Made by a program: the position numbers and the translations under genes. The notes beneath the pieces were generated by a model that had not been told where the DNA came from, searched no databases, and saw nothing but the letters and a program-made list of their open reading frames with translations. A DNA stretch of 52,686 bases from a virus (lineage: Duplodnaviria > Caudoviricetes): the IMG/VR virus record IMGVR_UViG_3300046167_000854, positions 1 through 52,686 of that record; one strand, given 5' to 3'. Below, piece by piece: positions 1 through 10,443 of this stretch; within the stretch, counting starts at the first letter, position 1; the number at the start of each line of letters is the position of its first letter.

Positions 1-446
1 ATGAAGATCAGAAGTCCAGATAGTGCAGCAAGCAGAGCCAGCAGGATAACACTGCTAACCATCGTCTCTTTTAATTCTTGCTGGCGATAAACCGTATCCT
101 CTCGCTCTTGAGCAATCTGTTTTCGTACGTCTCTAAATTCTTGTAGCCCATGCGCCCCATAAACCATATTAATCATTGAGATGAGGTCGCGCTGCTGGCT
201 TTCGGCTTTCTTGCGTGCCGCAAAAGCCTGTATAGCCTCTTGTTGAACACTTTTTCTGAAAACTATTTTCTTAAAAGGGCTTACATTCTTCGCCCGCTTG
301 TCCGCATAGAGTATGTCTGATGCATGTCCGTACCAAACCCCCACCTGCATCATCGTGTCTTCAGCGGACTTCCCCACCTCAACCATGGCTTTTACGAGAT
401 TGTACGCCTTTGTGGCTCCGGCTATGGCTGTCAATGGGTCAATCAT
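1..446 (-). CDS. Hypothetical protein with C-terminal hydrophobic helix (runs off the window start)
   Basis: Read manually: ATG at 446, MIDPLTAIAGATKAYNLVKAMVEVGKS...QQELKETMVSSVILLALLAALSGLLIF; open to position 1; ATGA overlap with the upstream ORF. Confidence 0.8.
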   Translation of the reverse strand, partial: MIDPLTAIAGATKAYNLVKAMVEVGKSAEDTMMQVGVWYGHASDILYADKRAKNVSPFKKIVFRKSVQQEAIQAFAARKKAESQQRDLISMINMVYGAHGLQEFRDVRKQIAQEREDTVYRQQELKETMVSSVILLALLAALSGLLIF

Positions 447-619
447 TTTTTAAACCTCGCATACGGGGGACATGTGTATATCCCTGGGACGTACCACCGG
501 TAGCGCCTGCCTGATTCTGTGTACAACTCCTTGTATTCGCAGACCGTGTGATAGACCACCGTATTACCTATATATGCCGCTGCACCTCCCTGTAATACAA
601 GATATAAAGCAATCGTCAC
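443..619 (-). CDS. Small hypothetical protein (58 aa)
   Basis: Read manually: GTG ACG ATT...TTT AAA AAA TGA (MTIALYLVLQGGAAAYIG...CPPYARFKK); fills the gap between neighbours with an ATGA junction. Confidence 0.6.
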   Translation of the reverse strand: MTIALYLVLQGGAAAYIGNTVVYHTVCEYKELYTESGRRYRWYVPGIYTCPPYARFKK

Positions 620-627
620 TCGACAAA

Positions 628-891
628 TTAAACCTCGTAAACCTCAATTCCTATTGCTTCTTTATATGCATTCGTTTCTTTGATTTTTAAAAAAATCTCA
701 TCCACTGGTTTTGACTGGTCATCAGGCAGAACTGCATAAACAAAGCTTGCAGTCGCGATGACATACTTTTCTCTGTACACATGCTCCTCACGCGAGGCTC
801 GATCATACTGTTTCACGACCACGCCAACAGATACGGTAAGACCGCTTTCAGTTTCAGGGCTTAGTTCTGTGTTGAATATGTCGTGCTTCAT
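628..891 (-). CDS. Hypothetical protein
   Basis: 87-aa ORF tightly packed in the late operon. Confidence 0.7.
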   Translation of the reverse strand: MKHDIFNTELSPETESGLTVSVGVVVKQYDRASREEHVYREKYVIATASFVYAVLPDDQSKPVDEIFLKIKETNAYKEAIGIEVYEV

Positions 892-906
892 ATTTTATCA
901 ACAGCC

Positions 907-2241
907 TTAAGGAATAAAGCCGCCTCCTCCAGACGAGAAAGATTCAACATCAAAGTCATGAGTAGCAATGCTCGAGTTTTCGTTGTACCCAGTAGCGTTG
1001 ACTCCAAGAGCTAATGTTCCAGTTATTCTTCTGTTGCCGTTAGAAAAAGTAGCCGCTTGAATGTAAAGCCCCGCTGATTGACCATTAGTTAGAGTTTGGT
1101 AAACATTATCTTGAAGAGCGTGCGTTGTTGAGTAAAAAGTTGCGCCCGCAACAAAGGCAGATCCAGTGGTTCCTGTTGATGATGAAGTCCGATTTATTTT
1201 AACGTCAACAGTTGAAGGAACCGTAAGTGTCCCCATAGTTGTAAAGGCGCTTGTTAACTGTGTACTGGACCCAGTCGCTGTCCCAGTAGAGCCAGCGTTT
1301 CTCATGGTCGCGTTGCTACCTATTTTTTCTGAACACTCTAAATAAAGAGTTGTCCCAGAAAGCCTGAACCTAACGAAAATTCTACAAGTGTTTCCATTTC
1401 CGTCAGAGGTTGAATAGTACTGCTCTAGTGTTTCGCCGGTTTGAGACTGATTAGTAGAAGAATAAGAGTAGCTACCAAAGTCAGAGTTACTTCCCCCGCC
1501 ACCTCCGCCAGATCCTTGAACATCTAAGTACACGTTCAACGTGCCAATGTTGCCTCCAGATCTGGCTTCTGCGTATTGAAGTGTAGGGCTTGATCCTAAA
1601 GTTACTGTAGGTGATCGAAGTACATAGTTATCGCCCAACGTGCCACTACCACTGGTCTCTGCGTAAACGTAATATGTTCCTGCGTCTGCCGTTGAGAGCC
1701 CTGTGCTACCAGAGGGTGTTCCAAAAGCATCCCTGTTCCATCTGTAAGATGTAGTACCTGTTGCTAGACTTACAAACGATGCGCCACTGTAACTACTAGC
1801 GGGAACATCTGTAGTGGATGTTTGCCAGCTTTCAGTTGAGGTTTCAAATGAGTAAGTCGTACCGTCCAACCTGATGTCATCTAACTGTAAGTCTCCTTGG
1901 TAAGACGTTCCTGATGAGCCGTTGGTATAAATAAAAACTAACTTAACGTCTTCTCCTGCATAAGCAGAGATATCGACGGTACGAGTAGTCCAGCTCGCGT
2001 TACTGCCGGAAATGCTATCTAAAGAACCAGAAAGACCTGCGGACACGCCACCGCCACCACCGCCGGAGCCGCCGCCTGAATCGGCACCGTAAAAATCAGC
2101 AAACTCCATCTCACTTGCTGATGAGGCGCTAATTAAAGCTCGAATATCCGTGTCGTTTACGGTTGCTTCAGTGTCAGTAGTTCCTCCAGCCTCAACGTGG
2201 ATGTCGTCTAAAGTAATTTGTCCTGATGTCTGTAACGGCAT
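907..2241 (-). CDS. Putative tail-fibre tip adhesin with a (permuted) MAM-like domain and Gly linkers
   Basis: N-terminus MPLQTSGQITLDDIHVEAGG...ADFYG is typical of fibre-associated adhesins; MAM motifs GTPSGSTG, YYVYAETS, LRSP, GDLQLDDI; directly downstream of the tail fibre. Confidence 0.7.
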   Translation of the reverse strand: MPLQTSGQITLDDIHVEAGGTTDTEATVNDTDIRALISASSASEMEFADFYGADSGGGSGGGGGGVSAGLSGSLDSISGSNASWTTRTVDISAYAGEDVKLVFIYTNGSSGTSYQGDLQLDDIRLDGTTYSFETSTESWQTSTTDVPASSYSGASFVSLATGTTSYRWNRDAFGTPSGSTGLSTADAGTYYVYAETSGSGTLGDNYVLRSPTVTLGSSPTLQYAEARSGGNIGTLNVYLDVQGSGGGGGGSNSDFGSYSYSSTNQSQTGETLEQYYSTSDGNGNTCRIFVRFRLSGTTLYLECSEKIGSNATMRNAGSTGTATGSSTQLTSAFTTMGTLTVPSTVDVKINRTSSSTGTTGSAFVAGATFYSTTHALQDNVYQTLTNGQSAGLYIQAATFSNGNRRITGTLALGVNATGYNENSSIATHDFDVESFSSGGGGFIP

Positions 2242-5200
2242 TACCTAGACTCCAGAGCCTCAACGCGAGCCTTGAGTTCTTTTATAGCTTCAACAAGCAA
2301 GCCAGTAACCGCGTCATACTCGACCACATAATATTCTTTGTCTTGCTCTCCCGTTTGCAGTGGTAATGCCTGAGACTTAACAGCCTCTGGTAAAACCTCC
2401 ATAATCTCCTGAGCGACAATACCAGCGGCTTTCTCGCCATTCTGATTTCGCACGAAGGTCACGCCGTTAATCTGACCTACCTTGTCGAGTGCGTTAGAAA
2501 TATTAGTAATTTGGCTTTTCAGCCTTCGATCCGAAATCGTAGTCGAATACGCGATGACGTTGCCGTCAAAGTGAGCGTCTTGGCTGTTGTCAATGTACAA
2601 GCCAATGTTGCCGTCGCCGTCCGTAAGTACAACGCGATTGCTTAGCGTGCGAATATCCAAGCCATCTTCATTGCCGCTGTAGGCACCGAGTATCGTGTTC
2701 TTGGACCCGGTTGTAATTGCCGATCCGGCTCCGCTACCTACGCATGTTGATTCGACCGTTGAATATGCCACGCCTAATGCGTTGTGCCCTACGGCTACAT
2801 TTCCATTTTCGGTGTTAATCGCTGATAAAGCGTTATATCCAACTGCTGTATTATCGGCGCCCGAACTAACTGAGTCACCAGCGCCATACCCGATGAGCGT
2901 ATTATCTGACCCACTTGTTACTGAAAGCCCCGATCGCCCTCCAACACAAGTGTTATAGCCACTACCGCTAACAAGGTTTGATGTCAGTGCGTACGCGCCA
3001 ACAGCGGTGTTGTAGCCACCACCCACGGCAGTTCCGTCGCCAGAGTAAGCTCCAACATAAGTATTATTACTGGTTGTCGTGTTCCCCGACCCTGCCTGAT
3101 AGCCAGCCCCAGTATTGTTTTGTCCTATAGTGTTGCTTCTAAATGCTCTATAACCTAGCGCTGTAGCGCGATAAGCGGTTGCCTGTGCGAACATCAGGGA
3201 CTCAAAGCCAAGTGCTGTCGAAGCAAATGCAGGATCGGTATACCCCGACTTTGATCCCACCAGAGTCTGACTGGTTTGGGTTGAACCGAGTCCAGCTTGA
3301 TTGCCTATCGCTACGCTATTAGTGTGAGTTGTGTAGGCACTTCCTGCGTTAGAGCCTATGCAGGTGTTGTAATCACCCGAAGTTAGTTGATTGCCAGCTA
3401 GGTCACCGATTAGAACGTTATCTTGCGCTCCAGACCCAACTGATGCTCCCGCACCTTCGCCAAGCACTACATTATCTAAACCTAGCGGATAATTGCCGTT
3501 TAACTTGATCGTGCCGCTAGCGTCAATCGAGCCTATGTTATGAAGATTATTTCCCCCGTCCATGAAACGGGATCCGTTCATGTAAAGTCCGTTTGAACTT
3601 CTAAAATGTATTTGATTCCAATCTAAATCATCAGTTGAGCCGCCTACATAAAGCGTCTGCGTTCCGTCGTTTACTGGGCGAACATATGAGGCAGTGCGTT
3701 CAAAAGTTAAGCCGAAGCCTTGAAGCCTCAGTCTGGAGCCATCACTGTAGTGCGCTATTACTTCTGCGGCAGTTGAGGCATCTCCTGCTGTTATATTGCC
3801 ACTACTAGTAACAGTAGCTGTTGTAACGTTGCCTGACAGGTGAAGGTCTTTGAAGCGTCCTGATGCATAGCCTAAGTCCACACCACCGTCTACTGCTGAA
3901 CCGCCCGATTCAGGGATTAAAAATATTTGTACCAAACTGAATACCTGCGTGGTCAGCGACTGTTCCTCCGATTCTCAGATTGTTGGTATTAACAACACCA
4001 ATACTACCGACTGGGTCGCCGTCTTTTTGGAAGTCTGCAATCATTCCATCAGAAGTTTTACGATTGAGACGCAATGGATTAATACCATCGCCTGTGCCGA
4101 ATATGTAGCCTTGCGGACGTAACTCTACACCAACATTACTTGTACCTGCGGAACCCTTACCAACAAGCAAGTTGCCGCTAGCATCGAGGAGCATGCGTTG
4201 GTTATAGGAGCCCGCAGAGGTATTTGTGGCAAACGCCATGCCACCAGAGCTTCCAGCGCCTTGATTAGCAATAAGTACAGTTTTCACCACCACCAGATGA
4301 TTTGTTCCAACCAACAGCCAAACCTTGTTTCGTTGTCTAAGGTTGCTGAACCTACGTTTGAAGAAAAATAAGAGTAATCAAAACCGTCTACGTGTAATAA
4401 ACCTTTTGGATCTGCCTCGGCAATTCCAACATTTCCGTTAGAGTCCACTCTGAAGGCTTCTAATGGGTTAGAGCCGTTTGCTCGTGTACTAAACAACAAA
4501 GCCCCAGAAGTATTACCGCTAGTTCCGTTTTCTTTTTCTGCGTGGATAGCCGCAAACATAGTGTTGGAGTCAGACTGTCCAGTGGTTGCTTTACCTGTAA
4601 ATGAAACGCCACCGCCTACACCAGCGACCATAGATGTATCGTCAGAAAGCTGAAGAACAGATTGTGTGTCGCCAAATGTAGACTTAGTGCCTTCTACATG
4701 AAGCACTCTGTTTGGACTGCTAGCAGTACCGATACTTACTAAACCAGTAAACACAGAATTTCCAGCACTATTAATTTCAAGCCTATCCGCTAAAGCCCCA
4801 TTTATAAGCGTTTGGAAGTGAATAGAGCCGTCTTCAGCGCCATTGTCTGTTTGGTCTGCTACGCCATAAATAGTTGCAAACGTATTTGTAGAGCCAACTG
4901 TGTCTTCACCTGTAAACGTAATTTGACCAATCAAGTCACCGTTTGTCCCAGTGCCTGAGTTTCTCCAAAGATTAAGTTGTGGCCCTACTAAGGCATCTGT
5001 ATCTGTAGAGATAAGCGTGACTTGTGCGCTGTTGTTCGCAGTTGTAAAGGTACTTGTGCCAGTACTAGTAATAGCCCCACTCGAGATAGTGCCTGTAACG
5101 TCAATACCTGAGCTACTCGTCGCGAGTCTGACTAAGTTGTTGTGGTATAGAGTTACAGCGCCATCTGCTGCACCTAAAATCATGCTTTCAGTGCCAGCGG

Positions 5201-5930
5201 CATTTTTAACACTGAAGCCATTGGTTTGAATAAACAAAGTACCAGTGTCGTTGTCTAAAAAAGCATTATTGCCATTATGAAATAACGACATATCGCTACC
5301 AGTGCCGAAGCTAGCTTTGCCATTGTCAGCAAAATTAGCATTACCGGTTATGTCAATGCCTGATGAGCTTGTGGCTAGTTTCTCACCACCTGCATAAAAT
5401 AAAGAAACCTCTGCTCCATCTGTTCCTTTTAAGTAGTTAGCAGTGGCTCCAGCATTTTGTAAACGAACGTCAGTACCTTGTATCAACAGGTTTCCAGTTC
5501 CTGAGTCAGTAATGTATGAAGCAGAGCCTGAGTGGTAGATTTGTAAGTCGTTGTCGCCAAAAGTAGCTTTGACGTTATCTCCGAATGACAAATTGCCCGT
5601 CATCGTATCCCCGGAGATGGAGACCGATTCGTCAGCTGAGCTAATGTCGTCGAGAGCTGCGGCTACCACTCGCAAGGCGATAGAAGTTCCAGAGTCGTGA
5701 CTCCGAGCTGTAGTACTGTCCTGTCCGCGAACGGCAGTAAAGGTATTCGACGAGACCGCCGTGACCTTAACAATCTCCGAGAGAGATCCGTCCCCAATAG
5801 AAGCGTAGAAGTAATCACCCGCTGCGAGAGCAGGAAAACTACTAGCGTCGGTTACCGAGACCGCAGTAGCGGAGTTCGTCAGACTGCCGGCTAACGTGGT
5901 GCTAGCCAGGTTAGCGAATTTAACAGCCAT
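2241..5930 (-). CDS. Long tail fibre with NTxxG beta-roll repeats and a C-terminal intramolecular chaperone (Peptidase_S74-type); split by three apparent +1 errors (~1228 aa when corrected)
   Basis: ORFs 4284-5930, 3910-4314 and 2241-3935 join after removing one base each in runs at 4328-4330, 4281-4284 and 3919-3923. C-terminus ISDRRLK...GIVAQE...LLVEAIKELKARVEALE; repeated NTAVGYxAL units. Confidence 0.85.
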
Positions 5931-5942
5931 GGCTTAACCCTT

Positions 5943-6401
5943 TTAAGAGGCGGAAACGACCCACGAAATCGAAAGCGAATCCGAAGTGCCCTTGTTAATC
6001 TGGGCAAAAACAGTTCTGCAAAGCATGGTTCCACCGGAACTGGCGTTCAGAATTGCTGCTTCTGTGATTGCCGCCGAGCTTGCGGGTGTACCTGCAGAAA
6101 AGGTCGCAACATAAACTACGTCATTGTCTGTGGCGGTAGTGCTTGTCAAAGCAACTCGCGCAGACTCAGAGCCTAGTGTGGTGTCACCAGTTGCTGCGGC
6201 AACAGAGCCCGTACCGATAGCCATGTGAGACATGACGCTCGCTGAGGTGCCAGCCATACGAGAAGCAACAAAATTCTTGCCGGCTGTGACCACAAGGTTC
6301 TTGACGGATTCTCGCTGCTTTACTGTTCCGTCTTGAGCGGTGACGACAATATCAAGTCGTCCTTTGAGGGTTAGATCGTCTTTGATCATTGGTTTCTCCA
6401 C
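5943..6401 (-). CDS. Virion structural protein (tail-associated)
   Basis: 152 aa; KNLVV...HMAIGTG...ITEAAILNASSGGTMLCRTVF pattern is common in phage tail/collar proteins; late-operon position. Confidence 0.7.
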   Translation of the reverse strand: MEKPMIKDDLTLKGRLDIVVTAQDGTVKQRESVKNLVVTAGKNFVASRMAGTSASVMSHMAIGTGSVAAATGDTTLGSESARVALTSTTATDNDVVYVATFSAGTPASSAAITEAAILNASSGGTMLCRTVFAQINKGTSDSLSISWVVSAS

Positions 6402-7571
6402 TTAATCAGCATTTAGCAAAACAAACCCCAAGATGCCCTTGTTGAGCTGGGAGCTTGCCACTAATGGTTGGACGTTGATTACTTCGCCCATGCTTACGCT
6501 GTCAGAAATGCCTTTCCGTGGAGACAGCAAAGATGTGTCCGTTACAACAAAAGAATCGGTCTCAGGCTTGGACACGTTAAGAGCCGGAGATTCCTGCACA
6601 ATTATCGCATCGGAGCGCGATGAATTAAAGTTAAAAGCTTGTGTGTCCTGCATCACATAAACATTGGATTTCGCAGCTCCAGCCTCTTTGTCTATCTGGC
6701 TGAAATCATCCAAGGTAAAGAAGTCTTGCAACGCTTTTGAAAGAGTTAAAGCGTGTGACTCTGTGATGCTAGTCGAGTGCGCCGGAGACGCTGATACGTT
6801 TGTTGCTCCGGGCTGAAAATCGAAAACGAAAGAAAACGGGTTTCGCGTGATTGATATGGTTTGATCCAGCGTGATGGAGTCACCCTGTGCCTTATCAAAA
6901 CTGGCTGCCGGGCTGTCCGACATGGCATAGGAGTCAGTCTGCGCTGCCGATGCGGAGAATGTTGGGGCATCAGCCATCGGAATCGAATCAGTCGGCGATT
7001 TAGTGACTGATAGTTCGGGCGTGTCATCGAAGCTGAAGGCATCGTCGAACGCTCTTTGATACGTCAGGTGTAGACTAATGCTTTCCGTAACGCCAAATTC
7101 ATCCTCGCGCTCTGTAGAAACGTCAAATGACGCCACTTCAGACACAGACAAAGAATCAACCAGCGGGCGACCTAGCTCTATATCAACCGCATCAGAGAAG
7201 AACAGGGAATTGACGATTCCTTTGCCCGCTTCAAAGGTAGGGGTATCAGCAAAGCCAATCGCATCTGCAAAAGACGGCGCTATCTCAAACGTCTGGCTAT
7301 CACCAAAGCCGAAGCTGTCGGTGAAGGAGTAAATCGAGCGCTCTGCACTAACGCGAACGTCATGCAGAAAAAGATTGCGCCAGTAAGGTGTCGCATAAAG
7401 TCTTTGATAATTTACGGATGTGGTAAGACTTCTATGACCGACTTGCGCCACAAGATCCCGATCGACAATTATCGCGGAAAATTTATGCCGCTGACTCGCG
7501 GTTACATGAAGCCTTCGAACTGAAGCGCTTACGAGCAGCCGTCGGACTTTGACCTCGGCAAAGATCGCCAT
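6402..7571 (-). CDS. Putative virion protein, acidic/Ser-rich with short D-x repeats
   Basis: 389-aa ORF between tail genes. Confidence 0.7.
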   Translation of the reverse strand: MAIFAEVKVRRLLVSASVRRLHVTASQRHKFSAIIVDRDLVAQVGHRSLTTSVNYQRLYATPYWRNLFLHDVRVSAERSIYSFTDSFGFGDSQTFEIAPSFADAIGFADTPTFEAGKGIVNSLFFSDAVDIELGRPLVDSLSVSEVASFDVSTEREDEFGVTESISLHLTYQRAFDDAFSFDDTPELSVTKSPTDSIPMADAPTFSASAAQTDSYAMSDSPAASFDKAQGDSITLDQTISITRNPFSFVFDFQPGATNVSASPAHSTSITESHALTLSKALQDFFTLDDFSQIDKEAGAAKSNVYVMQDTQAFNFNSSRSDAIIVQESPALNVSKPETDSFVVTDTSLLSPRKGISDSVSMGEVINVQPLVASSQLNKGILGFVLLNAD

Positions 7572-7575
7572 CTAC

Positions 7576-7950
7576 TTAACCGAACTGACTGCGGACTTTA
7601 AACTTGATCAGATCAACCACTGTCTGTGTGCGGGAGTTTGAATCAGTAAACTCGATCTCTCCCTCTAGCACGCCTGTCGTATCAAGTGTGTCGCTGTCAA
7701 ATATAAACGTTACCTTACCCCCACTGGAGTCAGTGATTGTCCCCAGAATGGTGTCTATTAGTGCTGTCTGTCCGACCTGACGCACTCGCATACGAACACT
7801 GCCGCCAGTGATGTCTAGCGGCGCAAAGGTTGCTGGGTCACCCGGATCTAACGCAACGCCGTCAGCGGGTGTATTGGAGTCTTTGAGAGTAATCTCAATT
7901 TCAGGTAGCTGGTCACCTTGGACCAAATCTATCGTGGTTATGTAAGCCAT
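7576..7950 (-). CDS. BppU-N-like / fibre-anchoring tail protein
   Basis: QGD.LP...TLKD...LDITGGSV...DTTGVLEGEIEFT pattern. Confidence 0.6.
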   Translation of the reverse strand: MAYITTIDLVQGDQLPEIEITLKDSNTPADGVALDPGDPATFAPLDITGGSVRMRVRQVGQTALIDTILGTITDSSGGKVTFIFDSDTLDTTGVLEGEIEFTDSNSRTQTVVDLIKFKVRSQFG

Positions 7951-8573
7951 TAGATAAACGCCCTCGGTTTGCAGGTTAGCGTACCGCCACTGAAGCCGTA
8001 CTTAACCTGTCTTACTGTTCTGCCCAGCTCTCTCTCGTATAGGGATCGGTTTGATGATGCCGCACCCATGTCTGCGAACGGCTGACCCGACATCATCTGC
8101 AATCGATACAAGGCGCCATGAACGATGGTCTCGCGATATTCCTTGCCAATTGTGTCGGGTATTGAGGTGCTGGTAGATGTTGGCTTAACGCTGTATACCG
8201 CACGGAACGAGCTGTTTTTGTTTGGAATGGGCGCTAGATAAAAGTCGGTATTATCGCGCTGGGCATAATACCTAGCCGTGCCTCTCTCGGTTTCGTTGCC
8301 AAGCCGGCGAACCAGCTCGTTATAACTAACAGGGCGCAGTGCCGTTTTATCATCAAAGATATCAACGATGTGGTTGAGCTCCGTACCCGTAGGGATGGTC
8401 ACGGCGTACTCGTTTACACCTTCGATGATCGTGATGAATTCCGGCTCCGGGATATACACGTCAGTACGCTGGCAGAAATCAATGGCGGTATCCCTTACCG
8501 CTCGCTCAATCAAGAAGTCGGGGGCGCCACCTACCTCCGGCTTCACGAACATGGTGAAGTCAGAGTATTTCAT
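7950..8573 (-). CDS. Head-tail adaptor / tail tubular protein
   Basis: 207 aa; AIDFCQRT, LAPIP, IVHGALYRL motifs; downstream of MCP. Confidence 0.7.
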   Translation of the reverse strand: MKYSDFTMFVKPEVGGAPDFLIERAVRDTAIDFCQRTDVYIPEPEFITIIEGVNEYAVTIPTGTELNHIVDIFDDKTALRPVSYNELVRRLGNETERGTARYYAQRDNTDFYLAPIPNKNSSFRAVYSVKPTSTSTSIPDTIGKEYRETIVHGALYRLQMMSGQPFADMGAASSNRSLYERELGRTVRQVKYGFSGGTLTCKPRAFI

Positions 8574-9250
8574 TACATTCTCCCGGCGTTACGGTCTGGA
8601 GTATTTGGCATCGGTGTTGATGCAGCGTCTGCGTTTGTCTTAATACCCAGTGCGTTAGCGAACGACGAGTAATGCATCATGCTGCGCTCTGCGTTGCCGG
8701 CGTATTCAGAGTCCTTCTGATATGCGCGATACAGCACGTAATCCAGTATGCAGTTTGCATATACGTCATCCAGAGAAATGGTCGTGGTATCAGTAATAAA
8801 GTTGCTGATCGACACATCTGAAGGGGCTGAGCTATACACAATCTCGATAGAGTGTGTGCCCGAAACCGCCTTTGGATAAACATAAAAGCGCTTAGGATCT
8901 GCCGGGTCGTAGATGAAGTGCTCTATCTTGTTTCCTCCCGCGGCAGTTTCGTGCCAGTTAGGAAGCGTCTCATCAAGAATCTTGCGATCCACCTGGGTTA
9001 CTGCTCGACCACCAACATTACGCACGATCTCGATCAAGCGCAGGGCTGCCGCCGGAAGCTCCTGTTTACTGCCGTCCGAGCACGAGAATGATTCATTGAC
9101 CATCTTTGCGTCGGGGCGGTGGAGCACTACTTCTTTTTGCGCGTCGTTGAAGAACTTCAGAAGCTCATCGTTTGGGAAACGAACGTTCGTATTGTCCTGC
9201 AGTATGATCGAAGCGCGGTCTAGGATGTCTACTACCTTAGTCGTTGCCAT
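8573..9250 (-). CDS. Head-tail adaptor (DUF6682-like)
   Basis: LQDNTNVRFPNDELLKFFNDAQKEV...FYVYP...LDYVLYRAYQKDSEYA; likely start is ATG at 9250. Confidence 0.7.
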   Translation of the reverse strand: MATTKVVDILDRASIILQDNTNVRFPNDELLKFFNDAQKEVVLHRPDAKMVNESFSCSDGSKQELPAAALRLIEIVRNVGGRAVTQVDRKILDETLPNWHETAAGGNKIEHFIYDPADPKRFYVYPKAVSGTHSIEIVYSSAPSDVSISNFITDTTTISLDDVYANCILDYVLYRAYQKDSEYAGNAERSMMHYSSFANALGIKTNADAASTPMPNTPDRNAGRM

Positions 9251-9516
9251 CACTGATTCTCCCACTCGATAACTTCAAAATTAGGGTTGTTTTCCCAGCC
9301 GGGAAGCGGACCAAACATATTGCCGGTCTTTTTGTTGCGGATAGTGCGAGCTACCTTCACAACATCCTTCTTCTCGGGCTCGGGGTGTTCTGCTTTCTTC
9401 GTGAGACGGTCGAGCTTGTCCTCGAGCACTTCCAACGGAGACCGTCGGTCAAGCTTGACGCCGTACTTCTCTTTTGCCTCTTCGAAGATTTCGTCTTTGC
9501 GAGTCTTGTCAGCCAT
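9250..9516 (-). CDS. Hypothetical protein
   Basis: 88 aa with AGGA RBS, directly after the MCP terminator. Confidence 0.75.
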   Translation of the reverse strand: MADKTRKDEIFEEAKEKYGVKLDRRSPLEVLEDKLDRLTKKAEHPEPEKKDVVKVARTIRNKKTGNMFGPLPGWENNPNFEVIEWENQ

Positions 9517-9528
9517 CTCTTAATCCTT

Positions 9529-9555
9529 AAAAACAGGGGGGCTTGCGCCCCCCGG
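9529..9555 (-). terminator. Rho-independent terminator after the major capsid gene
   Basis: Minus strand GGGGGGC-GCAA-GCCCCCC-TGTTTTT. Confidence 0.85.
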
Positions 9556-9561
9556 ACGGTC

Positions 9562-10422
9562 TTAGACCTTCCACTTGCCGACAGCGAGGCAATCTGGTGT
9601 GACTACGGACGAGCCATATACTTTGAGCCCCCTGACAGCATCACCGAAGGTAGTCTCGAGGCGCACAGTTTCAGTGTTAGTGAACTGTGACGCGAACGTG
9701 ATTGCCTTTGGGTGACCCGCAAGAATGTGGCTGTAAGTAGCATCGTCGCCAGCAGCTGGAACATGGAGGAGGTTTGACTGATACATAGTGAAACGATCCA
9801 CCATACCTACCTGACCGTTACGGAGAGGCGAAGTGCTATCTCCGGTCAAGTACGCCTGACGCAAGTCAGACTGCTTTAACATGTTGATCATCGATGGAGG
9901 CAGGACCATGTAGCGACCTTCCTCTGGGATGTTCAACCCATCAAGAGCTTCAGAGATCTCGAGGATTTTGCTCAAGATGTTTGCAGCCGTGATAGTTGTT
10001 CGTGCAGTGGTTGTAGTTGCATCTCCGATGACAGAGCTGAGCACGTCGGTTTCTACCGCAATCCTCATTCCCTCGGCAGCATCAGCAGATGCAGCTTCGA
10101 GCATGTTGATGTCAGCTTGCGCTGCCAACACATCGTCAATCTTAAAGCTGTAGTACTTGGCTTTGTCAATTGCAAGCTCGACAGTTCCAGTGCCCAACTC
10201 TTGAGTTGATACTGTTCCTGCGTAGTCGTTGATTGTTACAGCGGGTACTGTACGAATCGTGACCTTGTCGCCTTGCCCAGAGATTTCGCCCTCGTACGCA
10301 GTGTTTGAGATTGCGGGCATAACAGACTGAGCATAAAACTTAGCCTGCAACAATTTGGAGAATACCTCTGGAATAAAGTTTACTTCAGAAGTAGCTCCGG
10401 TACTAAAAAATGAAAATGCCAT
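9562..10422 (-). CDS. Major capsid protein (P22 gp5-like HK97 fold)
   Basis: FIPEVFS...YEGEISGQGDKVTIR...IDKAKYYSFKIDD...IPEEGRY...FGDAVRGLKVYG; follows the scaffold and is followed by a terminator. Confidence 0.9.
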   Translation of the reverse strand: MAFSFFSTGATSEVNFIPEVFSKLLQAKFYAQSVMPAISNTAYEGEISGQGDKVTIRTVPAVTINDYAGTVSTQELGTGTVELAIDKAKYYSFKIDDVLAAQADINMLEAASADAAEGMRIAVETDVLSSVIGDATTTTARTTITAANILSKILEISEALDGLNIPEEGRYMVLPPSMINMLKQSDLRQAYLTGDSTSPLRNGQVGMVDRFTMYQSNLLHVPAAGDDATYSHILAGHPKAITFASQFTNTETVRLETTFGDAVRGLKVYGSSVVTPDCLAVGKWKV

Positions 10423-10443
10423 GATTAATTCCTCACAAGAGAA

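Noticed and set aside
2241-5930. Programmed frameshifting or phase variation in the tail fibre
   Set aside because: The breaks are +1 insertions in very short runs without slippery heptamers, and the same error type hits unrelated essential genes, so sequencing error is simpler.
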